Of a stretch of DNA of 64,000 nucleotides, positions 16,925-26,415 are shown one piece after another. Position 1 is the first letter of the stretch. Every line of letters starts with the position of its first letter. The stretch lies in the NCBI GenBank assembly GCA_001774685.1, contig MFAS01000001.1, forward strand, positions 223,557 to 287,556. Reading direction: 5' to 3'. Source of the DNA: Candidatus Collierbacteria bacterium RIFOXYD2_FULL_45_13 (GTDB taxonomy: Bacteria > Patescibacteriota > Microgenomatia > UBA1400 > MFAQ01). A program made the position numbers and the translations under genes. A model generated the notes under the pieces. It was not told where the DNA came from. It was given only the letters and a program-made list of their open reading frames with translations, and searched no databases.

Positions 16925-17587
16925 ATGGAAGTCCGCCTGGAAAAATCATGGAAAAACCTACTTAAAGATGAGTTTGAAAAACCGTATTTCAAAGATTTAT
17001 CCTCATTTGTCCGCCACGAGTACCAATCCGGCACTGTCTATCCACCCCCCAAGTATATTTTTAACGCCCTTGATAGTCTGCCGGTAGACCGGGTGAAGGT
17101 CGTGATTCTCGGCCAAGATCCCTATCACGGACAGGGACAGGCTCACGGCCTCTCCTTTTCGGTTCCGGAGGGTATTGCTCCACCCCCATCTCTTAAAAAC
17201 ATATACAAAGAAATTGAAACCGATCTCGGGCACCCGCGTCATGCTTCCGGCAATCTCGACCGCTGGGTCAAACAGGGAGTACTCCTTCTCAACGCCACTC
17301 TTACCGTTCGGGCCAATCAGGCAGGGTCTCACCAGAACAAAGGCTGGGAAACTCTAACCGACGCTATCATTCGTGAGCTAGCTAACAAAAAAGACAATCT
17401 GGTCTTCATTCTCTGGGGAAACTATGCCCAAAAAAAAGGCTCTATTATTGATGCAGACAAACACTTGGTTCTCAAATCCCCCCACCCTTCTCCGTTTTCT
17501 GCACACTCCGGTTTTTTTGGTAGCCGCCCATTTTCCCAAGCCAACCATTATCTGGTTGAGCAGGGCCAAACGCCAATTGACTGGTGA
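16925..17587 (+). CDS. ung: uracil-DNA glycosylase family 1
   Basis: GQDPYH, PPSL, LLLN, HPSP motifs. Confidence 0.97.
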   Translation: MEVRLEKSWKNLLKDEFEKPYFKDLSSFVRHEYQSGTVYPPPKYIFNALDSLPVDRVKVVILGQDPYHGQGQAHGLSFSVPEGIAPPPSLKNIYKEIETDLGHPRHASGNLDRWVKQGVLLLNATLTVRANQAGSHQNKGWETLTDAIIRELANKKDNLVFILWGNYAQKKGSIIDADKHLVLKSPHPSPFSAHSGFFGSRPFSQANHYLVEQGQTPIDW

Positions 17588-17593
17588 CCTCGG

Positions 17594-18058
17594 TTATTTG
17601 TAGTAGCCCTTCACTTGGAACAGTAAGTAAAGAGAGAGTAGGGATCCGATAATCAACCCGAACAACTGCATGGTAATGAGTGAGTAGATGGCATTTAGAA
17701 GCACTGAGTAAAAAACGTAGTTCCAGCCAACCATCGACCTCTTGAAAAGTCCCGGTATGGCCAGAATCATCAGCACTAGTCCGGCAATGAGAAAAAGCGA
17801 GGCGATAGAGAAACCATATCCCGTTCCCGCGGCAACATAGCCTCCGTAAGGAGTTCCATACATCATCGCATTGAATCCGAACAAAGCAAAAATCGCCGGT
17901 AATGTAAAAATGGCTCCAATCACCTCCAACCAAGGTGCGACACTGACAATAATATCCTTAACATTCTTGGGCAGTGCCGGAGCTTTCTTTACAAGATACA
18001 AATCCAACTTCTCAATCAATCCCTCCATATTCTTTAGATAATTATTAACTAACTTCAT
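17594..18058 (-). CDS. hypothetical membrane protein
   Basis: About four TM segments; start may be 18028. Confidence 0.7.
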   Translation of the reverse strand: MKLVNNYLKNMEGLIEKLDLYLVKKAPALPKNVKDIIVSVAPWLEVIGAIFTLPAIFALFGFNAMMYGTPYGGYVAAGTGYGFSIASLFLIAGLVLMILAIPGLFKRSMVGWNYVFYSVLLNAIYSLITMQLFGLIIGSLLSLYLLFQVKGYYK

Positions 18059-18113
18059 TCTATCAGCTCAACTTGATATCTTCTGAAAGATTTAAAGCGT
18101 TAAAATTACCGAA

Positions 18114-18407
18114 ATGGAAAATATTCACCGGAGGGGACATGAGAGATTTACCTTTTCCGGACAAGGAACTGTTTATTCTTTTACGGTCATCTACGAGGCT
18201 CCAGCTGGCTTTGAACAGTTTGTCCCTTACGCTCTTGCCTTGATAAAGCTTGAGGAGGGTCCCCTGGTCACTGCACAGATTACCGACACCGATCTCGATA
18301 AAATCTATATTGGCATGCCTGTAGAAATGGTTACTCGACTCTTGAGCGAAGACGGTGATCGTGGACTAAGGCACTACGGTTATAAATTCCGTTCACCGGT
18401 CATCTAA
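18114..18407 (+). CDS. DUF35/ChsH2-type OB-fold protein lacking the Zn ribbon
   Basis: SGQGTVYSFT, PYALALIKLEEGP, IGMPVEMV, YGYKF. Confidence 0.8.
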   Translation: MENIHRRGHERFTFSGQGTVYSFTVIYEAPAGFEQFVPYALALIKLEEGPLVTAQITDTDLDKIYIGMPVEMVTRLLSEDGDRGLRHYGYKFRSPVI

Positions 18408-18460
18408 CAAATCTGACAACAGACGTGGTAAATCATACAGTCTGGTGATAACATCAAGGA

Positions 18461-18715
18461 ATGTCAAAGATAAAAAGCCTGCACGGTAAGTGTAGCAATC
18501 ATTGCAAAGACGGTTTTACCCTGTTTGTTAACGATAAGGAATGTGCTTGTATTGTCAAAGACTTTCCTTTTCTGAAAATCGTCAATACAGACTCCGAGAT
18601 AGTTGGTAAGAAAAAGAAAACCTTCCACGTCATCAAGTGCAATCGGTTAGACACTGACGGTCACTGTTCTGAGATACCTCAAAACGCCCCAGCCTGGTGC
18701 AAAATAAAGGACTAA
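18461..18715 (+). CDS. small Cys-rich protein (YkgJ-like metal-binding)
   Basis: CSNHC...CAC...CNRL..DGHC......PAWC. Confidence 0.5.
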   Translation: MSKIKSLHGKCSNHCKDGFTLFVNDKECACIVKDFPFLKIVNTDSEIVGKKKKTFHVIKCNRLDTDGHCSEIPQNAPAWCKIKD

Positions 18716-19533
18716 AGCCACTTGAAATAACTCCCCGGAAAACTAACTAACTCTCCCCCAAAACGTCTCTTGAATTCTGTGAAACCCAACCATCTTTTTT
18801 GAGGCCAACGTTCATCAAATACTCCTTCCAAATCAAAGAACTTGATTCCTCTTGACTTCGCTCTCAATATCTCGTCCCACACCAATTTATAATGTGCTCC
18901 GGACTTGCGGCCCTCATCGCTTGTCCACGTCTGATAATAGTTCGCACAGTCGGCACTGTAAATAATCAATAAGCCTGAGTGATAAGTTTTATCCGTTCTG
19001 CTTACCACCAATCTGGCTTTTCCCTTGAACCTTTTGACCAAACTCCCGAGCTCCTTTTTTTTCATGGTCCAGACCTTGCTGTTTTTTTTCCATAACTCAA
19101 AAAACTTTTTTTGGTCACATTCCTCAACCAGAGTACCCCTATTCTTCTTAACGTGTCTTTTGGCATTTTCGGACAAATTATTCCAAAGCACTTTTTCGCT
19201 TTTAGTCAAATCCAGAATGAAAGTATTTGTTGCCAGATATGGAAATCTACTCAGCTTATACCCCGCCATCTTGAACCCCAGCTCATCTTGCACTCTAATC
19301 GGTTCGATAATTGAAGAGACTGTTTTTAGCTTTCTTTTAATTTTTCTTAATTCTGTCCAGTTTGGATCGTAAGAGGATCGTTGCAACTTCATCAAGGTGA
19401 AACCAAAGAGTCCCAATGGAACAATAAAGGCATTCATCTTGTGTCTCTTGTCTTCAGATGGAATTGAGACAACCTTCCACCCTTTATCCCTTAGATAGCC
19501 GGCCCACCCCTCTGTTTGTCGGATGTCTTCCAT
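18712..19533 (-). CDS. FemABX-family peptidoglycan peptidyltransferase-like protein
   Basis: LDLTKSE, FFDLEG, GFTEFKRRFGG; coupled to the upstream paralog. Confidence 0.8.
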   Translation of the reverse strand: MEDIRQTEGWAGYLRDKGWKVVSIPSEDKRHKMNAFIVPLGLFGFTLMKLQRSSYDPNWTELRKIKRKLKTVSSIIEPIRVQDELGFKMAGYKLSRFPYLATNTFILDLTKSEKVLWNNLSENAKRHVKKNRGTLVEECDQKKFFELWKKNSKVWTMKKKELGSLVKRFKGKARLVVSRTDKTYHSGLLIIYSADCANYYQTWTSDEGRKSGAHYKLVWDEILRAKSRGIKFFDLEGVFDERWPQKRWLGFTEFKRRFGGELVSFPGSYFKWL

Positions 19534-20552
19534 TACTTTCTCAATTTCGCCAGTAATTTTAAAGCTGACCATCTGAGTCTGTCCGCCAGCATATAGATAC
19601 CGTAAAGTGTTTTGTTTACCACCAGGTCATATGTACCCACAAACTCGGTTAGCTCACCGCCGTACCCCTGTTTGAACCGGTGAAAACCATACCATGGATC
19701 ATTTTTGTCTGGTTCCGGTCCCATACTTCCCCACAGGTCAAACATTTGGCACCCGTGTTTCTTCCCCAGTTTGATAGCTTCCCACATCATTAGGTTACTT
19801 GCCATGACCTCTCTGTTCTCATTACTCGAAGCGCCGTACGGATAATACAACACCCCGTTAAGTTCAAACAGCGCCCAAGTAGTCAGGGTTTTTCCTTCAT
19901 AAATTGCTTTCAGTAAATGTCCTCCACCCTTAACAATCATGGTCTGCCACATTTTCCGGTGATAATTTTTACCGTGGGCAAAAAACTTCTGTCTTCGTGT
20001 TGTTTCTTCGGTCAGTTTCCAGTATTCCTCAAATGCCGGCTCGGAGTTGTCTTCTACTATCTTTACCCCCTTTTTCTCTGCCAGACGGACGTTGTATCTC
20101 GTCTTTTGATTCATTTTTTTAAGAATCTCCTCCTCGCTTTTGGAGATATCTAGCTGAAAAGTATATCTGGTGAACAAAGCCTTGCCGGGTTTGAAATCAT
20201 AAATTCCCGCCAACTCTTTTACCTGTATTCGACTGGACTCCAAATCTCTTTCGTTGGGCTCAAACTTCACCACGATTGCTCCCTTTTGGCTCGCTTCTTT
20301 CATAATCGTTTTCATCGCTTCTGCGTCAGGGATAGCCGATTTTGGACAGTACCCAATATAACTCATTATTTTGGGAATTTTGTGCCAAGTAATCTGATAG
20401 ACTTCTTGGGCTCTTTTATCGTGTTCCTGAATTAATCTCAAAACTTCTACTCCGGTTTGTTTACGGAACTCTCCCCAAGCCCAGGACTGCAGGGGGTGTC
20501 TCGCCAATTTGTCAAAAATTACCTTGTCTTTTTCCGTTGCTTCTCTAATCAC
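19533..20552 (-). CDS. FemABX-family lipid II aminoacyltransferase
   Basis: HPLQSWAWGEF, KTRYNVRLAEKKGV, YPYGAS, GFHRFKQGYGG. Confidence 0.9.
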   Translation of the reverse strand: MIREATEKDKVIFDKLARHPLQSWAWGEFRKQTGVEVLRLIQEHDKRAQEVYQITWHKIPKIMSYIGYCPKSAIPDAEAMKTIMKEASQKGAIVVKFEPNERDLESSRIQVKELAGIYDFKPGKALFTRYTFQLDISKSEEEILKKMNQKTRYNVRLAEKKGVKIVEDNSEPAFEEYWKLTEETTRRQKFFAHGKNYHRKMWQTMIVKGGGHLLKAIYEGKTLTTWALFELNGVLYYPYGASSNENREVMASNLMMWEAIKLGKKHGCQMFDLWGSMGPEPDKNDPWYGFHRFKQGYGGELTEFVGTYDLVVNKTLYGIYMLADRLRWSALKLLAKLRK

Positions 20553-20640
20553 CCCTCTATTCTACCTTCTAAAAGGTTCAAAGCGAATACCGTGGTGCAG
20601 AAGTCTTGCAAGTAACCGCCTCGAACCGAAAGTTGAGCTA

Positions 20641-22584
20641 CTACCAATTATCAATATCCGCAAAATCGTCTTTGACCGCTTCTTCCACTTCCCAATCTTG
20701 AACGATGATTCTTTTCTTCTCCCCAAATTCGTCCACTCCGTCATTGCGAGGAGTATTCGACGTGGCAATCTCACTCCACGTGTTATTTCGGCTCTTGCTG
20801 CGGGCTGTTCGATCTTGAACTTTTTCTAGATATTCCTCCGGTATCTCCGCCAAAAATCTTGAAGGAATGGAAGTGTGTCTGCCACCATAAACCAACCTGG
20901 ATCTGGCAAATGACAGGGTGAGATTTTCTTTCGCCCTTGTCATGGCTACATACATCAGCCTTCTTTCCTCTTCCACTTCTTCCTTGCCTCCTTCAAAGAT
21001 CGATCGGGAATGAGGGAACAGACCTTCTTCCAAGCCCACCACAAATACTTGGGGAAACTCAAGTCCCTTTGCGGCGTGGACCGTCATCAAGGTGATTTTG
21101 GCATTCGATTTTTTTTGCTTGATCTCTGCTTCGGACAAGGCCGCGCTTTCCAGAAATTGAGATACTGTCTCAAATTCACTGGCTACCGCCAGTAGTTCGT
21201 TAATATTCTCAATCCGCGCGGCATCTTCCTCGTCTCTTTCATCAAATTTATCCAAATAGTTTGTCACATTCATTATGTCTTCCAGCAACTGCCCGGGTTT
21301 CGCCTCCATTTTCTTCTCCGTGAGTTTCAAAAGCCATTCATCAAACATCGCCGCCTTTCTTTTGCCAATCTTTTCAATTCTTGTTCGGCTAATCTCCTCT
21401 TTAGGATTGTTCAGCAGACGTAAATAAGCAATCAGATCTTTTACCTCTGCTCGGTTATAGAAACGAAGTCCACCAATTAGTTTGTAAGGGATATCCCTTC
21501 TCAACAACTCATCCTCAAAAGTTCGGGATTGAGCATTCGTCCGATAAAGAATAGCCACTTCTTCATCACGGTCTGAAATTTTTTTGGCGCTACTTATCAC
21601 ATATCTTGCCTCTTCTCGTTCATCCGAAGCTTCAAACAGATAGACCCTCTTCCCCATTTCCCGTTCGGCAGACAGCCTAAGAGTCGGATGACTTACGTTG
21701 TTGCATACTACACTGTAAGCAGCGTCCAGAATATACTGTGTGCTGCGGTAGTTTTTGGGTAGTCCTACGGTCACCAGTTCGGGGTAATTCTCCTCAAACA
21801 GCCTCAGATTCCGGTAATCCGCTCCTCTGAAAGCATATATCGCCTGAGAGGCATCCCCGACAGCCATAATATTTTTCTTCTCACCTGCCAAAAGTTTTGT
21901 TAGCTCAAACTGAGCCTTGTTTGTGTCCTGGTACTCATCTACCAATATCCATTCCAGTTTTTTATTCACTTCGTTTCTTATCCTGTCAATTTTGAGTAAT
22001 TCCACCGCCTTAACCAACAGATCATCAAAATCTACCGCGTTATTTCTGGTAAGTTTTTCCTGATAAGCTTTCCACACCTTAATTAATTGTCGGTAAAAAT
22101 AGTCTTTGGCGTTTTCCTCTGCCCTTTTTTCCGACATCAAGTCATTCTTCATCTTGCTGATGAGCGCCAAAAACATACCTGGCTTGTTTTGTTTGGGATC
22201 AATGGATAGAGCCTTTAATACTTCTTTCATGGCCGACTCGGAATCATCACTATCAAAAATCACAAAATTCGGGTTTACTCCTACGCTCAACCCGAAAATT
22301 CTTAACAGTTTGGCACACAAAGTATGAAACGTCCCCGAGAATCCCAACTCAATTTTCCCCGCCCCCATTTTCTTGATTCTTTCCTTCATCTCCCCGGCCG
22401 CTTTGTTTGTAAAGGTCAGCAAGGCAATTTTGTCTGGCCCTATGCCCATTTTTTTTATCAACCACGCTGCGCGGTGGGTGAGCACCCTCGTCTTTCCCGA
22501 ACCGGCACCAGCCATAACCAGAATCGGCCCCTCCTTGTGAGTTACCGCCATCAGCTGTTCTTTATTTAATCCATTTTCTTCCAC
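20641..22584 (-). CDS. pcrA: ATP-dependent DNA helicase PcrA/UvrD
   Basis: AGAGSGKT, LVDEYQDTN, LYRTNAQSR, HAAKGLEF, EERRLMYVAMTRA, PSRF. Confidence 0.93.
   Translation of the reverse strand: MEENGLNKEQLMAVTHKEGPILVMAGAGSGKTRVLTHRAAWLIKKMGIGPDKIALLTFTNKAAGEMKERIKKMGAGKIELGFSGTFHTLCAKLLRIFGLSVGVNPNFVIFDSDDSESAMKEVLKALSIDPKQNKPGMFLALISKMKNDLMSEKRAEENAKDYFYRQLIKVWKAYQEKLTRNNAVDFDDLLVKAVELLKIDRIRNEVNKKLEWILVDEYQDTNKAQFELTKLLAGEKKNIMAVGDASQAIYAFRGADYRNLRLFEENYPELVTVGLPKNYRSTQYILDAAYSVVCNNVSHPTLRLSAEREMGKRVYLFEASDEREEARYVISSAKKISDRDEEVAILYRTNAQSRTFEDELLRRDIPYKLIGGLRFYNRAEVKDLIAYLRLLNNPKEEISRTRIEKIGKRKAAMFDEWLLKLTEKKMEAKPGQLLEDIMNVTNYLDKFDERDEEDAARIENINELLAVASEFETVSQFLESAALSEAEIKQKKSNAKITLMTVHAAKGLEFPQVFVVGLEEGLFPHSRSIFEGGKEEVEEERRLMYVAMTRAKENLTLSFARSRLVYGGRHTSIPSRFLAEIPEEYLEKVQDRTARSKSRNNTWSEIATSNTPRNDGVDEFGEKKRIIVQDWEVEEAVKDDFADIDNW
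20738..20779. repeat. intragenic palindromic repeat, copy 1
   Basis: CCGTCATTGCGAGGAGTATTCGACGTGGCAATCTCACTCCAC; near-identical copy at 62186-62229. Confidence 0.85.
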
Positions 22585-22666
22585 TCAAATATTGTATTTC
22601 ATTCTAAATCACTCCACATCTTGAGTTTTTGAGTTCTTGAGTTTTTTTGCATATATAATCAACATA

Positions 22667-23359
22667 GTGAAATACGTCATTGGCAACTGGAAAAGCAACC
22701 AAAACATCACCGAATCACTAATATGGCTCGACGGCATCTCCGCTTTGCGTCCCAAGTTCTCTCCCGACATCACAGTCATCCTCTGCCTTCCTTTTACCGA
22801 TATCGCCGCCTTCAACCAACGTTTGGCAGATATCGGCCTTCCGATCATCACCGGTTCCCAGAACGTCTCACATCTCCCGCCGGGCAAACACACCGGAGAG
22901 ATAACCGCCAACATGCTTGGTGAACTGGTTAGCTACTGTATCGTGGGTCATTCCGAGCGGCGTCACGACTTTAAAGAAACCTCTGAGGTAGTCGCCCAAA
23001 AGACCCGCTTGCTTCTAGAAAACTCTATCATCCCTATCGTTTGTCTTGACCTTCCATACTTGGACGAACAGATTAAGGCCCTGTTCAGTCTCGATGTCGA
23101 CGTTTCCCGTTGTTTTTTCGTCTACGAACCCATCGCCGCCATTGGAACTGGAAAACCTGTCGATCCTGTAGACGCCAACCACATAGCCGGCCAAATCGCT
23201 TTCCTGACAGATAATACAGCCCCCATTCTTTATGGAGGTTCTGTTTCCCAAGACAACGTCGACTCTTTTGTCAGCCAAAGTAAAATCGATGGAGTTCTGG
23301 TGGGCACCGACAGTCTGGAGCCGACCCTCTTCGCCGGCATTATCAGCAGCCTTTCTTAA
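22667..23359 (+). CDS. tpiA: triosephosphate isomerase
   Basis: GNWK, HTGE, GHSERR, YEP..AIGTG, LYGGSV. Confidence 0.92.
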   Translation: MKYVIGNWKSNQNITESLIWLDGISALRPKFSPDITVILCLPFTDIAAFNQRLADIGLPIITGSQNVSHLPPGKHTGEITANMLGELVSYCIVGHSERRHDFKETSEVVAQKTRLLLENSIIPIVCLDLPYLDEQIKALFSLDVDVSRCFFVYEPIAAIGTGKPVDPVDANHIAGQIAFLTDNTAPILYGGSVSQDNVDSFVSQSKIDGVLVGTDSLEPTLFAGIISSLS

Positions 23360-23365
23360 GTCAAC

Positions 23366-24436
23366 ATGAAACTTCGCCACGTGCGTCCAGTTCGTCTTGT
23401 CATCAAGCTATTTTCCCAAATTCGAGCCCACCTCTGGTTATTTATTCTTTCTTTTATTCTTGTCTCATTTTCAGTCCTTTCCCTAATTGGCTACCGCTTT
23501 CTTTTGAGACACAATGTTAATCCGCAGGATCTTCTTAGTTTTTTTGGCACACCCGTTGAAAACATGGACAGTACCAATGGAATAACAAACTTTTTGATTT
23601 TAGGGATAAGGGGGGAGGGCGGTGACTCTCCCGATTTAACTGACACCATCATGGTTATCTCTTACAATCACGGCAATAAAACTCCCACCATTGTCAGCGT
23701 ACCGCGCGATCTCTGGGTCCCATCGCTAAAGGCCAAGATAAATACCGCCTTTTTCTACGGAGAAGAGGCAAGTCCCGGAGCCGGTATAAATATGGCACAA
23801 GCAGCCATCTTGGAAGATTTGGGCATGCCAATAAACTATACGGCTGTTATTAACTTTTCTCTTTTTCAACAGGCAGTTGATCTGGTCGGAGGTGTCGACG
23901 TAGACGTCAGCCCCGGTTTTACCGATACGGAATTTCCCATACCTGGCCGAGAAAAGGCTCTTCCCGTATCCTCCCGTTACGAAACAATTATTTTCAATCA
24001 AGGCATCAACCATTTTAACGGCACCACTGCTCTCAAATTTGTCCGATCACGTCACGCTGAGGGTGACGAGGGAACTGATTTTTCCCGTTCCCGGCGCCAG
24101 CAGCAAGTGATTTCCTCACTTCGCCAGAAGATCCTCACCCCCTCCTTTCTTCTTGATCAGCAGAGAGTCGACAGTCTTTTTGATATCGTCAATGTCAATC
24201 TTATAACCAATATTCCTTCAAAACTCTACCCAACCCTTGCCAAACTAGCTCTCGATACCAAAGATAGTCCTGTGGGATCGATTACTCTAGCCACTACCCC
24301 GGATGAAAATGGTGTCACCATTCTGTATAACCCTCCGACCTTCAAGTATGGCGGAGAGTGGGTTCTCGTTCCCAAAGATAACAACTGGAACGCTCTTAAA
24401 CAATATATCAAAAACCACCTCACCCCTACTCAATAA
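23366..24436 (+). CDS. LCP (LytR-CpsA-Psr) glycopolymer transferase
   Basis: N-terminal TM, TDTIM, SVPRD, KIN.A, FVRSR, DF.R.RRQQ. Confidence 0.9.
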   Translation: MKLRHVRPVRLVIKLFSQIRAHLWLFILSFILVSFSVLSLIGYRFLLRHNVNPQDLLSFFGTPVENMDSTNGITNFLILGIRGEGGDSPDLTDTIMVISYNHGNKTPTIVSVPRDLWVPSLKAKINTAFFYGEEASPGAGINMAQAAILEDLGMPINYTAVINFSLFQQAVDLVGGVDVDVSPGFTDTEFPIPGREKALPVSSRYETIIFNQGINHFNGTTALKFVRSRHAEGDEGTDFSRSRRQQQVISSLRQKILTPSFLLDQQRVDSLFDIVNVNLITNIPSKLYPTLAKLALDTKDSPVGSITLATTPDENGVTILYNPPTFKYGGEWVLVPKDNNWNALKQYIKNHLTPTQ

Positions 24437-24450
24437 CCACGTTCGTCCTC

Positions 24451-26412
24451 TTAGGGCGTCACTTTTAATAAATAAGTATCTCCACTCTTAAAAACCTTTT
24501 TACCCAAAGAAAGCAGAATCTCTTCGTTTACTTTGTACATCCCCCGCTCATCATCACCTACCACAATCCACCCGACATTATATTTTTTGAGCAATATCCT
24601 GACCTTGCGAATGTCCGGCTCTTCGTAAATACTCCTGACATCGGCCTCTCTTAGTGACACCGTTTCGTATCCGCCTCTCCAAAGCCACTCGTGTACTCTC
24701 CAACCCTGAATTGTTGGTACACCGGAAAATACTGAGATGGCATTGAAAAATGTATAACTATCCCCAACCGCCTCGACCATATTTCTATTATCCTGATTGC
24801 TCCTCAAATAACTAATTACGGCATATCTGTCTGGCATTGACGTTTTCAACCATTTCTCGCCATCTAGCCCTGAATAAGTTTTAAAGTTTCCGTAGAAGTT
24901 TGGGAAAGCCACCGTTGGAAAAACCATAGTTCCGACAAAAATTGCCCCAGCTATTAATATCGAAGGCCACCTCCACCACCAGGCCAGTTTGTTTTCCGGA
25001 TCAAAGAGTTTCCCCAACACGCCTCCTGTCAACAATCCAATCATGATGGATGCTTGATAGGTCAGCTTAAACATCGTATTCGCTCTGGCGTGATCCGGAT
25101 AGATATCTTTTGCATAGACAAGCTCAGGGATAATAATTAATAGGACAACACATACGGCCAGACTCCATATGGGCAGTCTCAGGCGACCTCTCTTTTCTGA
25201 GAGCACGGCAATCAGACTTATTATCAGTCCCCCGGACCACAGTACCGCCAATTGCCACAATGGAGATCTTTCTTGAACCATCTTGATTCCGTTAGAGATG
25301 GATTGAAAACTCAGAAACCAGGGAAGTGAGGTTAGTACCATGAATAGAAGCATCACTCCGGCTGCCTTAATTAGTCTAATTAGGTTTGTCGGCTCGCCCA
25401 ACACCATCATTAGCCCCATGATTATCATTAACAATCCATAGACCGCCACATCCCAAGTATTTGTCATCATCATTACCCCAAACAAGACTCCCATCATTAT
25501 CTCGTCAAGCAGCCTCTTGGAACTCAGCCAGTGAAGAACAATTAAGATAAAGGCCAGGACAATCGGTAAATCAATGAGGTGACCATGTAGATCGGCCACC
25601 ACAAAGCTATACCCCGGGAACTCATGGATCGTGTTGTGAATAAATCTGGTGGCATCGGCATACCAGTAGTCGGACAAACCTCTATGACTAAGTAAATACC
25701 AGACAACGTGAGTATTCCCCGCCATTACAGTGGCAAAAGCACCAACCAACCCTCCAATCATTCCCGTGGCATGTTTCTTGGCACCGCTCAGAATAAATGA
25801 GACGGAAAAAGCGAGAGACAGTGACAGCCCGGCAATAAAGGCCAGAACTAAGTTGTATCCCACAGTCGGGGAAGTTCCAAAGTATCTGATCACCACGCTA
25901 CCCCAATAGTGTCCAAAGGAATAATAGTTGATTGTTTTCCCGGCCTGCCACATGTCGGCTGCCGGAAGTGTCGGCGACAATAGATATTGGTTTACAAACC
26001 CAAAATCCATGAATTTTTCCAAACTATCTATCTGCGGTAAAAAGCTCCTAACTATTGCTATACCAAATAGTCCCACAATGAATAGATATTCTTCAACGAC
26101 AACAACCTTTAGTGTCTCTCTGGAGACCATCAAGCTACGAAGACCCCCGCCTTTGATCATTAACCAAATATTCACACCCACCAAACCAAGAGTCGTCATC
26201 CAGAGACCCGTGTTGGTATTTACCGGCAGACCCAAATTTGCCGTTTCCCAAATAACAAGTGCCGCCATCAGGGTAGTTATTAAACGAGACAGGGGGTAAC
26301 CAACATCGGGCAGTCTACCAAATAATTTTTTGGTCAAAGGCAAACTAATCAGCTGCAGTAAAAGACTAACCAGATAAACTCTCAAAATGGTTTGTACATC
26401 AGAAACTGGCAT
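24451..26412 (-). CDS. DUF2298 (YYY-motif) polytopic membrane protein, putative GT-C glycosyltransferase
   Basis: EKFMD, INYYSFG, IHEFP.YSF..DLH.H, TNTWD, R.NTMFK, GW..HE..WRG. Confidence 0.8.
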   Translation of the reverse strand: MPVSDVQTILRVYLVSLLLQLISLPLTKKLFGRLPDVGYPLSRLITTLMAALVIWETANLGLPVNTNTGLWMTTLGLVGVNIWLMIKGGGLRSLMVSRETLKVVVVEEYLFIVGLFGIAIVRSFLPQIDSLEKFMDFGFVNQYLLSPTLPAADMWQAGKTINYYSFGHYWGSVVIRYFGTSPTVGYNLVLAFIAGLSLSLAFSVSFILSGAKKHATGMIGGLVGAFATVMAGNTHVVWYLLSHRGLSDYWYADATRFIHNTIHEFPGYSFVVADLHGHLIDLPIVLAFILIVLHWLSSKRLLDEIMMGVLFGVMMMTNTWDVAVYGLLMIIMGLMMVLGEPTNLIRLIKAAGVMLLFMVLTSLPWFLSFQSISNGIKMVQERSPLWQLAVLWSGGLIISLIAVLSEKRGRLRLPIWSLAVCVVLLIIIPELVYAKDIYPDHARANTMFKLTYQASIMIGLLTGGVLGKLFDPENKLAWWWRWPSILIAGAIFVGTMVFPTVAFPNFYGNFKTYSGLDGEKWLKTSMPDRYAVISYLRSNQDNRNMVEAVGDSYTFFNAISVFSGVPTIQGWRVHEWLWRGGYETVSLREADVRSIYEEPDIRKVRILLKKYNVGWIVVGDDERGMYKVNEEILLSLGKKVFKSGDTYLLKVTP

Positions 26413-26415
26413 TAA

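Noticed and set aside
20571-20650. tRNA-like fragments TAGCTCAA and GGTTCGA on the minus strand
   Set aside because: They are only a few nt apart, with no anticodon arm or cloverleaf; better explained as one hairpin.
20734-20777. CACTCC as a target-site duplication of the repeat in pcrA
   Set aside because: Copy 2 has the same 3' CACTCCAC but no upstream match, so it is more likely part of the element.
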